Positions 10,302-17,930 of a DNA stretch of 32,000 nucleotides are shown in pieces. Source of the stretch: Dickeya solani IPO 2222 (GTDB lineage Bacteria; Pseudomonadota; Gammaproteobacteria; Enterobacterales; Enterobacteriaceae); contig NZ_CP015137.1 of NCBI RefSeq assembly GCF_001644705.1, positions 3,690,001 to 3,722,000 of the forward strand, read 5' to 3'. The first letter of the stretch is position 1, and every line of letters starts with the position of its first letter. The notes under the pieces are model-generated. The model did not search any database, was not told the origin of the DNA, and saw only the letters and a program-made list of their open reading frames with translations. A program made the position numbers and the translations under genes.

Positions 10302-11735
10302 ATGCAAGATGCACAACAGGCCCTGAAAGTGGGCCGCGATCCACGGATGCTGCCCGAGTACGAGGCGTTACGCGCTGAAATCAACAAGCTGAGCCATGCT
10401 TCCCGCCCGGATGTGGACTGGATGCGGGTGCACGATATGGCGACCGCTATCTTCGAGAAGCAGGGCGTCGATCTGCAAACCGCCATCTATTTTACCCTGG
10501 CGCGCTCGCGTCTGGCCGGGCTGAACGGCTTTACCGAGGGCTGTGAATTTCTCGCCAACCTGATCGTGACCCAGTGGGAAAACTTCTGGCCGCCGGTACA
10601 TCAGGAACGGGCACGTATCGAAATTCTGGACTGGTTTATCGCCCGCATTAGCGAGGTGATTCGCCAGTACGCCATCAGCCATGAGCACAAACGGCTGGTC
10701 TACCGCTGCGAGCGCGCGCTGCAACTGATGAGCGAGAAGCTGCACAATTCCGGTCTGAGCCGCATCCCCCGGGTGGAAAACCTGCTGCACTTTATCGAGG
10801 GTTACACCCATCTGTTTGACGAAACCGAGATTGTGATTGTCTCCGACGATCAGACGCTGAAAAAACAGCAGGATATGCAGATTCCGCCGATGGTGTTCTT
10901 CCAGTCCGACATGGAACCAGGCGGGATGGCGTCTGTGGCGGCGGCAGCCCAGCCGGCGCTGCCGTCGGGCAGTATTCTGGTCGGGCGGGAGAAAGGGCAG
11001 ATGAAACCGACGGTATTGAAGATTGAGGCGCACCGTAAGCAGAAACCGGCCTGGTTCTGGTTTGTCTGCGGCGTGCTGACTTGTGCGTTGCCGGTGGCGG
11101 CGGTGAGCGGTTGGCAGTACTGGCAGGATCAGAAAACCGAGGCGCTGGCGCTGTTGCAGCAGCCGGCCTACGCGCTGCCGGCCGCGCCGGATCACAATGA
11201 TATCCGCCGGGTGCGCATCGTGCTGGGCGAGCAGAAGCTGCAAGGCATGGAAGGCGAGCTGATCAACCGTTATCAGGCGCAACTGGAGCAGGTGAAGAAC
11301 GCCTCGCCGTTCTATCTGTACCAGTATGGCGAAGGGCTGAAAGGCGTGATGCAGCAACTGTATCCGGACTCGCTGGCGGTCAAAGAGATGGACCGTCAGT
11401 GGCAGATCGCCCTCGACCGCCAGCAGGGCGACAAGCCGCCCCGCGTCAGCGGTTACGAGCAGGCGCGCGCCGGGGTGGGCGACACCCTGCAGCAACTGCT
11501 GGATCTGGAAAAACAGCGTCGCACGGTGACCATTTCGTACCTGAAGTCCCAACTCTACGATATTCAGAAAGATTTGGCTTCCGATGTGCCGTTTGGCCTC
11601 CGTTTGCGGACGCTGGAATCGCGCAAGGCTGCCCGCCAGTCGCTGACCCCGGCGGAGCTGCGCGCCATGGAAGATGAACTGCGTGCTTTCACTATCCGGT
11701 TGTACCGGTTGCAGCAAGGCGATAGCGGCAGTTAA
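10302..11735 (+). CDS. vasL: T6SS-associated ImpA_N-domain membrane protein (VasL/TagA-like)
   Basis: ImpA_N-like N-terminus (DPRMLPEYEALRAEINKLSH...DWMRVHDMATAIFEKQGVDLQTAIYFTLARSRL). Single central TM (AWFWFVCGVLTCALPVAAVSGW). Lies immediately after tssM, as vasL does. Confidence 0.7.
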   Translation: MQDAQQALKVGRDPRMLPEYEALRAEINKLSHASRPDVDWMRVHDMATAIFEKQGVDLQTAIYFTLARSRLAGLNGFTEGCEFLANLIVTQWENFWPPVHQERARIEILDWFIARISEVIRQYAISHEHKRLVYRCERALQLMSEKLHNSGLSRIPRVENLLHFIEGYTHLFDETEIVIVSDDQTLKKQQDMQIPPMVFFQSDMEPGGMASVAAAAQPALPSGSILVGREKGQMKPTVLKIEAHRKQKPAWFWFVCGVLTCALPVAAVSGWQYWQDQKTEALALLQQPAYALPAAPDHNDIRRVRIVLGEQKLQGMEGELINRYQAQLEQVKNASPFYLYQYGEGLKGVMQQLYPDSLAVKEMDRQWQIALDRQQGDKPPRVSGYEQARAGVGDTLQQLLDLEKQRRTVTISYLKSQLYDIQKDLASDVPFGLRLRTLESRKAARQSLTPAELRAMEDELRAFTIRLYRLQQGDSGS

Positions 11736-11804
11736 GGCCGCTGGCCGGGTGCGATGCGCCGCCCGGCGGCGTCGCCGGATGTCACCAGGGGTAACGACGG
11801 TAAC

Positions 11805-13172
11805 ATGATGAGAAAAATACGAGTATTGACGGCACTGTCCGTGTGTTGGCTGGCTGCCTGTCAGGCGCCGGTGTCGTCACTGTCCGATGCGGATTTGCGC
11901 AAATCGGCGGAGAGCGGTAACGGCGAAGCGCAGTACCGGCTGGCGAAGCAGCTGGCTTCCCATTCGCACTACGGCGAGGCCATGCAGTGGATGCAAAAGG
12001 CGGCGGATTTGTCAGACCTGTCCGGACCGCGGGAAAACCGTGCGTTGGCGGCGTTGCAGGTGGGCGACTGGTATCAGGCCGGGCTGGGCGAACCGAAAAA
12101 TACGCCGCTGGCGCGCCAGTGGTGGCAGAAAGCCTCGCGGCTGGGTAGCGGCGAGGCCGGCTATCGGCTGGGAACCGACTGTCAGGCGCAGCATCAGGGC
12201 AAACTGGTGGCGGCCTGTCTGGACGCGTTCGAGCGCGCGGCGGACAATCAGTACGCACCGGCGCAGTTGGTGGTGGCCCAGTGGTACGCCGCCCACCCCG
12301 GCGCCGAAGAGGAGGCAACCGGGTGGGTAGAGAAGGCGGCGGATCTGGGTAACCGGGATGCGCAGTACCAGCTTGCCCAGCGTTATGAGCAAGGGAAAGG
12401 CGTGGCGAAGCGGACCGACCTGGCCGAGCGCTGGTATTTCCGGGCGGCGCAAAGGGGGCAGCCGCAGGCCCAGTTATGGATGGCGCGGCACGCCGACGGT
12501 AAAGACGCGCTCGACTGGTATCAGAAGGCGGCGACCAGCGGCGAAGCCGGGGCGCAGTTGTGGCTGGCGCAGGCTTATCGCGACGGCAACAAAGGGCTGG
12601 CGAAGGACGACAAGCAGGCGCGTTACTGGCTGGAGCGCGCCTCCGGTAAAGGCAATGGCGAAGCCGATTACAAGCTGAGCCAGATGCAGGCGGACAACGC
12701 CAAACGGGAGCACTATCTGGTGCTGGCGTCGTCGGCCGGCTATGTGCCGGCGCAGCGTGAGCTGGGCGACTGGCTGCTTAAGCGCGGCGAGCTGGAACGG
12801 GCCCGCGAGGTGTTTGCCAAGGCGGCGGCGACCGGCGATACCGCATCCCGGCTGGCGTATGGCGAGATGCTGCGACTGGGGCAGGGCGGTAAGGCGGACT
12901 ATGTGGAAGCGATGAAGCAGTATCGCTTCGCGGCGCATGACGGCAACCGTATGGCGCAGTATCGTATGGGGATGATGCGTCAGGATGGGCTGGGCGCGTC
13001 CCGTAACCGTATTCACGCCTACGCCTGGTACTCGCTGGCGGCGACCGAAGGCATGGCGGAGGCCATTGCGGCCCGCAACGATCTGGAAGCCACCATGCAG
13101 CCGGATGAAATCAAGGCCGGGCAGAAACTGGCCATGCATTGGTCGACAGGCAAGGAGACGGATACACAGTGA
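11805..13172 (+). CDS. Sel1-repeat (SLR/TPR-like) lipoprotein
   Basis: Lipobox at MMRKIRVLTALSVCWLAAC. About ten Sel1-type repeats, for example NRDAQYQLAQRYEQGKGVAKRTDLAERWYFRAAQRG and NRMAQYRMGMMRQDGLGASRNRIHAYAWYSLAATEG. The ORF-track start at 11754 is probably too far upstream. Confidence 0.85.
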   Translation: MMRKIRVLTALSVCWLAACQAPVSSLSDADLRKSAESGNGEAQYRLAKQLASHSHYGEAMQWMQKAADLSDLSGPRENRALAALQVGDWYQAGLGEPKNTPLARQWWQKASRLGSGEAGYRLGTDCQAQHQGKLVAACLDAFERAADNQYAPAQLVVAQWYAAHPGAEEEATGWVEKAADLGNRDAQYQLAQRYEQGKGVAKRTDLAERWYFRAAQRGQPQAQLWMARHADGKDALDWYQKAATSGEAGAQLWLAQAYRDGNKGLAKDDKQARYWLERASGKGNGEADYKLSQMQADNAKREHYLVLASSAGYVPAQRELGDWLLKRGELERAREVFAKAAATGDTASRLAYGEMLRLGQGGKADYVEAMKQYRFAAHDGNRMAQYRMGMMRQDGLGASRNRIHAYAWYSLAATEGMAEAIAARNDLEATMQPDEIKAGQKLAMHWSTGKETDTQ

Positions 13173-13194
13173 TTCGAAAACTAAAGGAACGCGT

Positions 13195-14127
13195 ATGAAA
13201 CGGAACGGATATCTCGCCCTGTTGCTGGGCATGGTGGCGCTGTCGTCGCAGGCGGAAGTGAAACCACCCTATCAGGTTGAGCAAGGTCAGGTGGTGTATC
13301 GGGTATCGACGAATGCGGATCCGAAGGTGTTGGCGGGGGCTAAACCGCAAGACTTCCGGGTGCTGTTGCGGGAAAAACGGGTGGCGCTGGCGGTGTCCGA
13401 CCATCGTTACTACTGCAACCAGCAGCCCCTGCCGGATGGTTTCAAGCCAGAAAGCGCCAGACTGCGTTACGACACGTTTCTGATTACCAATGTCGGGTCG
13501 TACGTCGGCTGCGAACGTATGAAGCAGGATATCGACGCCGACAGTTTTCAGGCGCTGGATTTTCCGTTCTTCCGCGATCGCAATCATGTCTGGCTGCCTG
13601 ACGGCGAAGAGTTGAATGGCGTGGATATCGCCAGTTTTAAAGCGCTGGCCAGAAATCAGGCGTTCGACAAGCAGAACTACTATTTCGTGGAGAATGAAAC
13701 CAGCGTTGTGCCCTATCAAAAACAGGCGCCGAGCGCGGGGATCTGTTTTGGCTGGGCCACCATTGACGGCAATCTTTACTACCGTGGCGAGCAGCGCGCC
13801 GATGGCGATGCCGCCAGTTTCCGCTGCCTGACGTTCAGCGCCGCGCTGGACAAAAACGGCTTCTATGTCTTCGGGCGGCCGTATCAGGACATCCCGGCCG
13901 GGGTGAAAGCGGCGGATATTCGTATGCTGCCGAATAATGAAAAACTGGCGACCGACGGCGAGCGTGTCTGGTTTCTGGGGGTAGAACCGGTGCAACTGGC
14001 CGGACTGAGCCTGCGCGACGTCCGGGTGGTGCCGGACGCCACCGGCTATACCATCAGCGACGGCAAAACCCGCTGGCTGTGCGGCTCCGGCAAGGTTAAC
14101 GGTCGCCCGCTGTGCCGCAAGGGATGA
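13195..14127 (+). CDS. Secreted DKNYY-repeat family protein
   Basis: Sec signal MKRNGYLALLLGMVALSSQA-EV, with AAGGAA RBS upstream of ATG 13195. Repeated D..SF...(D[KR]N..Y/W) modules: DADSFQALDFPFFRDRNHVW, DIASFKALARNQAFDKQNYYF, DAASFRCLTFSAALDKNGFYVF. The first 70 codons of the track ORF overlap the Sel1 gene and are discounted. Confidence 0.7.
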   Translation: MKRNGYLALLLGMVALSSQAEVKPPYQVEQGQVVYRVSTNADPKVLAGAKPQDFRVLLREKRVALAVSDHRYYCNQQPLPDGFKPESARLRYDTFLITNVGSYVGCERMKQDIDADSFQALDFPFFRDRNHVWLPDGEELNGVDIASFKALARNQAFDKQNYYFVENETSVVPYQKQAPSAGICFGWATIDGNLYYRGEQRADGDAASFRCLTFSAALDKNGFYVFGRPYQDIPAGVKAADIRMLPNNEKLATDGERVWFLGVEPVQLAGLSLRDVRVVPDATGYTISDGKTRWLCGSGKVNGRPLCRKG

Positions 14128-14172
14128 GCGGCATAGCAGACGCCGCCGTACGGTAGACATGCGGTGAAAACA

Positions 14173-14197
14173 GGCCCTGTCCTGATGCGACAGGGCC
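14173..14197 (-). terminator. Rho-independent terminator of the minus-strand dgcN-dgcA-dat operon (hairpin shared with convergent + strand gene)
   Basis: GGCCCTGTC-7 nt loop-GACAGGGCC. On the minus strand it is followed by TGTTTTC. Lies 24 nt beyond the dat stop. Confidence 0.55.
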
Positions 14198-14220
14198 GTA
14201 TTACCTGCCGCGCCAGATGC

Positions 14221-15084
14221 TCACCCCGCTGTCTGGGCGCGAATCATCCCGATGTAGATGTCCCGCAACTGGCGTGCCAGCGGGCCGGGTCGCCCATCCC
14301 CAATCGTAACGCCGTCAATCTCTACCACCGGCCAGATAAAGGTGGTGGCGGAGCTGATAAAGGCTTCTTTGGCGGCGAGCGCTTCCTGCGGGGTAAACGC
14401 CCGTTCTTCCACCGTCAGATGATGGTCGGCGGCGAGTTGCAGCAGCGCCTTGCGGGTGATGCCGTGCAGGATGTCGTTGCTGAGCGGGCGGGTGATCAAG
14501 CGGTTGTCGGCATCGACGATAAAACAGTTGCTGGAACTGCCCTCGGTAATCAGGCCGTTTTCCACCAGCCAGGCGTCATCGGCGCCTTTGGCGTGCGCCC
14601 ACTCCTTCGCCATGCAGGCCATCAGTAGGCTGACGGTCTTGATGTCGCGACGGTGCCAGCGCAAATCCGGACAAGTGATGACGCGAATGCCTTTTTCCGC
14701 GCTGGGGTGGTGGATCACCGGGCGGGACTGGGTAAACAGCACCAGCGTCGGCTCGGCGTCGCCGGGGAACGCGAAATCACGGTCGCCGGTGCTGCCCCGG
14801 CTGAGTTGCAGGTAAATGCCGCCTTCTTCCAGCCGGTTTTGCGCGATCAGCGCCAGATGAATTTCCCGCAACGCCTCCTGGCTGACCGGCAGACGCAGGT
14901 TCAACTCGCGACAGGAGCGAGCCAGTCGCGCCATGTGGCCGTCGTATTCCGCCAGCCGGCCGTTGACCACCGCGGTGACTTCATACACCGCGTCGGCAAA
15001 CAGAAATCCGCGATCGAACACCGAAATCGTCGCTTGTTCCTCGGGCAGATAGCGCCCGTTAACGTAAAGGATACGTGACATCAT
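14221..15084 (-). CDS. dat: D-amino-acid (D-alanine) aminotransferase, PLP fold-type IV
   Basis: N-terminus MMSRILYVNGRYLPEEQATISVFDRGFLFADAVYEV. Catalytic-Lys block RRDIKTVSLLMACMAKEWA resembles Bacillus Dat (CDIKSLNLLGAVLAKQEA). ATG at 15084 overlaps the upstream stop (ATGA). Confidence 0.85.
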   Translation of the reverse strand: MMSRILYVNGRYLPEEQATISVFDRGFLFADAVYEVTAVVNGRLAEYDGHMARLARSCRELNLRLPVSQEALREIHLALIAQNRLEEGGIYLQLSRGSTGDRDFAFPGDAEPTLVLFTQSRPVIHHPSAEKGIRVITCPDLRWHRRDIKTVSLLMACMAKEWAHAKGADDAWLVENGLITEGSSSNCFIVDADNRLITRPLSNDILHGITRKALLQLAADHHLTVEERAFTPQEALAAKEAFISSATTFIWPVVEIDGVTIGDGRPGPLARQLRDIYIGMIRAQTAG

Positions 15085-16091
15085 GCAACTCCCGTTAAAC
15101 AAGGGCGGGGGTGTCCCCACAATCCCTCTTCAGATAAATACAGCTGGCTACCGCGCCATTCCAGCCCGCCGACCCGGTCGTCCGCCAGCAGCAACGGCCC
15201 GTCGAGGTCGACGATCGCCGCGCCCTGCGCTATCAGCGTGGCCGGCGCCATCGACAGCGAGGTGCTGACCATGCAACCCACCATGATCTTCAGGCCCTGC
15301 GCCTGCGCCGCCTGACGTAATAACAGCGCTTCGGTCAGCCCGCCGGTTTTATCCAGCTTGATGTTGACCATGTCATAGCGCGCCGCCAGCCCCGGCAACG
15401 ACCGGCGGTCATGACAGGATTCGTCGGCGCACAGTGGAATCGGGCGCGGCAGCGTGGCCAGCGCCTCGTCGTCGCGGGCGGGCAGTGGCTGTTCAATCAG
15501 GCTGACGCCAAGACGCTGCAACGCCGGCACCAGTTTCAGATACAGGTCGGCGTTCCAGCCTTCGTTAGCGTCGACGATCAGTCGCGCTTGCGGCGCCCAT
15601 TGTCGCACCGCCGCCACTCGCTCGATATCACGTTCGTCCGCCAGTTTCAGCTTCAGCAACGGGCGTTGCGCGTTGCGTTGCGCGGCCTGCGCCATCCGTT
15701 CCGGGGTATCCAGCGACAGCGTGAATGCGCTGATCACCGGTTCCGGACGCGGCAGCCCGGCCAGTTGCCACACCGGTTTGGCCTGCCGCTGGCTGTCGAG
15801 GTCCCACAGCGCGCAGTCCAACGCATTACGCGCGGCGCCGGGCGGCAATAGGGTTTGCAATGTCGACCGGTCGAGGCCACGTCGCACCACGTCCCGCAGC
15901 GTCAGCAACTGGGCTTCCACGCCGCTAATGCTTTCGTCATACCGGGCATAAGGCACGCTTTCGCCGTGCCCTTCGTAGCGGCCGTCGCGCACCGTCACCT
16001 TGATGACATCGGCGTGGGTTTTACTGCCGCGTGAAACGGTGAAGGTTTCTTTTAACGCCCAGCGTTCATGGGTGACGATCAGTTCCGCCAT
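15081..16091 (-). CDS. dgcA: Enolase-superfamily racemase/epimerase (L-Ala-D/L-Glu epimerase YcjG-like or N-acetyl-D-Glu racemase DgcA-like)
   Basis: MR/MLE-type blocks: LLKLKLA (Lys pair), VDANEGW, LIEQP, CADES, NIKLDKTGG. Paired with a DUF1611 gene. Confidence 0.75.
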   Translation of the reverse strand: MAELIVTHERWALKETFTVSRGSKTHADVIKVTVRDGRYEGHGESVPYARYDESISGVEAQLLTLRDVVRRGLDRSTLQTLLPPGAARNALDCALWDLDSQRQAKPVWQLAGLPRPEPVISAFTLSLDTPERMAQAAQRNAQRPLLKLKLADERDIERVAAVRQWAPQARLIVDANEGWNADLYLKLVPALQRLGVSLIEQPLPARDDEALATLPRPIPLCADESCHDRRSLPGLAARYDMVNIKLDKTGGLTEALLLRQAAQAQGLKIMVGCMVSTSLSMAPATLIAQGAAIVDLDGPLLLADDRVGGLEWRGSQLYLSEEGLWGHPRPCLTGVA

Positions 16092-16101
16092 GATGCGTTC
16101 C

Positions 16102-17094
16102 TCACAGTTGGTCGACGATACGGCCTACACCCTGACGGAACGGATCGACCACCGGCAGGCCCAGTTGCTGTTCCAGCGTCGTCATGTAGGCCAGCGCGTC
16201 CGCTTCGTTCAGGTGCGCACTGTTGATGGAGACCCCAACGAAGCGGGCGTGCGGGTTGGTCAGCTGCGCCATCGCCAGATTGAGACTGATACAGGCTTGC
16301 AGATCCGGCAGTGGGTAGTCCACGCCGCGCATGCGGGTACGGGTGGGTTCGTGACACAGCACCAGCGCGTCCGGCTGGGCGCCGTGGATGATACCGGTGG
16401 TGACGCCGGCGAAAGAAGGGTGGAACAGCGACCCCTGACCTTCGATCACATCCCAGTGGTCGGCGTCGTTATCGGGGGCGAGGGTTTCCACCGCGCCGGC
16501 GATAAAGTCGGACACCACCGCGTCAATGCTGACGCCCGCGCCGGAAATCAGAATGCCGGTCTGGCCGGTGGCGCGAAAGGTGGCTTTGCCGCCGCGTTCC
16601 AGCAGCGCTTTTTCAATCGCCAGTGCGGTGTACATCTTGCCGCAGGAGCAGTCGGTGCCGACCGGCAGCAGACGTTTGCCGCTGCGTTTACGCCCGCTGG
16701 CCACCGGGAAGCTCTGGGTCGGGTGACGCACGTCGAACAGCGAGCGCCCCAGCCGGGCCGCCAGTTCACTGATTTCCGGTACATCCGCCAGTTTGTTGTG
16801 CAGACCGGCGGCCAGATCCATGCCGCACTCCAGCGCCTGACGCAGCACCGCTACCCAGGCATCGGAAATGATGCCGCCGCGGTTCGCCACGCCGATCACC
16901 AGCGTCTGCGCGCCCGCCGCGCGGGCGGCGGGGATGTCCATATCCGGCAGTCCGCAGTCCGCCCGGCATCCCGCCATGCGGTACTGGCCGACGCAGTATT
17001 CCGGATGCCACTGTTTGATGCCAATCGCCACTTTGGCGGCCAACTGATCGTGAGCATCGCCAAGAAACAGCAAATAAGGTTTTTTTATATTCAT
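16102..17094 (-). CDS. dgcN: DUF1611 family protein (DgcN-like N-acetyltransferase)
   Basis: MNIKKPYLLFLGDAHDQLAAKVAIGIKQWHPEYCVGQYRMAGCRADCGLPDM matches my recollection of the DUF1611/DgcN N-terminus. GGAG lies 6 nt before ATG 17094. The 29 upstream codons in the track ORF lack an RBS. Confidence 0.65.
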   Translation of the reverse strand: MNIKKPYLLFLGDAHDQLAAKVAIGIKQWHPEYCVGQYRMAGCRADCGLPDMDIPAARAAGAQTLVIGVANRGGIISDAWVAVLRQALECGMDLAAGLHNKLADVPEISELAARLGRSLFDVRHPTQSFPVASGRKRSGKRLLPVGTDCSCGKMYTALAIEKALLERGGKATFRATGQTGILISGAGVSIDAVVSDFIAGAVETLAPDNDADHWDVIEGQGSLFHPSFAGVTTGIIHGAQPDALVLCHEPTRTRMRGVDYPLPDLQACISLNLAMAQLTNPHARFVGVSINSAHLNEADALAYMTTLEQQLGLPVVDPFRQGVGRIVDQL

Positions 17095-17930
17095 CACCGA
17101 CTCCATTATTGAAATAAAAAACGCAGGACAAAGGGCCGCCGTCTCACCAATAGGTAAGGAAATAGAGAGAGTTAAAATCAAAAGATAACGAGTGCGTCAG
17201 CCAGCGCCTGAACCTGTAATGGGTGTCCGGTTAATAAGGCTGGTGAGCTCGGTTTTTCGATAGTATCAAGTAGTGTTATATTGTCAATAACGTGAAAAAA
17301 TAAGATTTATATTCTACTTATTGCGGCGTTTTTCTTTTCTGGTCGCGTAGTGTTGGTCTGTTTTAAATATAAAAATCTGTATTTTTTTTGAAAATGAATA
17401 ATCGACCGATTTTTATAAAAATGGTGATAAGTAAAAAATAATTCCGGGTATTTCAGTGCGTTGATTGCGTTATTTTGGTGCTGACGCCCATTGTTGGGCG
17501 CACTGTGTCGCTTTTTCTGCTAAATGTTAAATTAACCCGAAACAACATTAATCATCACGTTAATAAAAAGCACGGATAACGCGCAAGCGAGGCTATTTAC
17601 TTCATGGCGGACGAATGGTCTGCACTAAAACGGGGCGGGTGTTTATATGAGGCGCTGATGCAAAGCCAGTGGCTGGAGAGCATGCACGACGGTACGGTAA
17701 CGGGCTTTTTTACAGAACTGCGCGTTTTGTCACAGATTTATTATAGCCTGTCTCCAATGTGGTAACCGGTTACGTGTGTGCGATGCATGTCGATAGGTTC
17801 CATTATGTCTGGCGGGATACTCCGTTGCACCTTTTGGGAAAACGGGAGACAGCAATATGGCATAGTAGGACACCGTCTGAAATATCAGGTAGCATGTCTA
17901 TATAGAGTTGTTGCCTTACCGAGAACGCGT

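Noticed and set aside
7803-10316. 837-aa ORF antisense to tssM. Similar long antisense ORFs occur at 1469-2515, 3832-4806, 5396-6490, 10368-11717, 16000-17112, 21628-23073 and 30036-31769.
   Set aside because: All lie exactly opposite well-supported genes. Their translations are Arg/Gln/Leu/Ala-rich and low in complexity. At ~60% GC the sense codons TTA, CTA and TCA are rare, so stops are rare in the mirror frame. None has an RBS or a recognisable motif.
11754-11804. Upstream start for the Sel1 gene, and the 12985 start for the DKNYY gene
   Set aside because: The extensions are Arg/Pro-rich and precede clear lipoprotein or Sec signal peptides. The 12985 extension also overlaps the Sel1 coding region.
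17095-17930. AT-rich junctions (also at 26981-27647) as mobile-element or island borders
   Set aside because: I found no transposase, integrase, tRNA or flanking direct or inverted repeats. The compositional shift alone supports horizontal origin of the 27.1-29.0 kb segment but not a defined mobile element.
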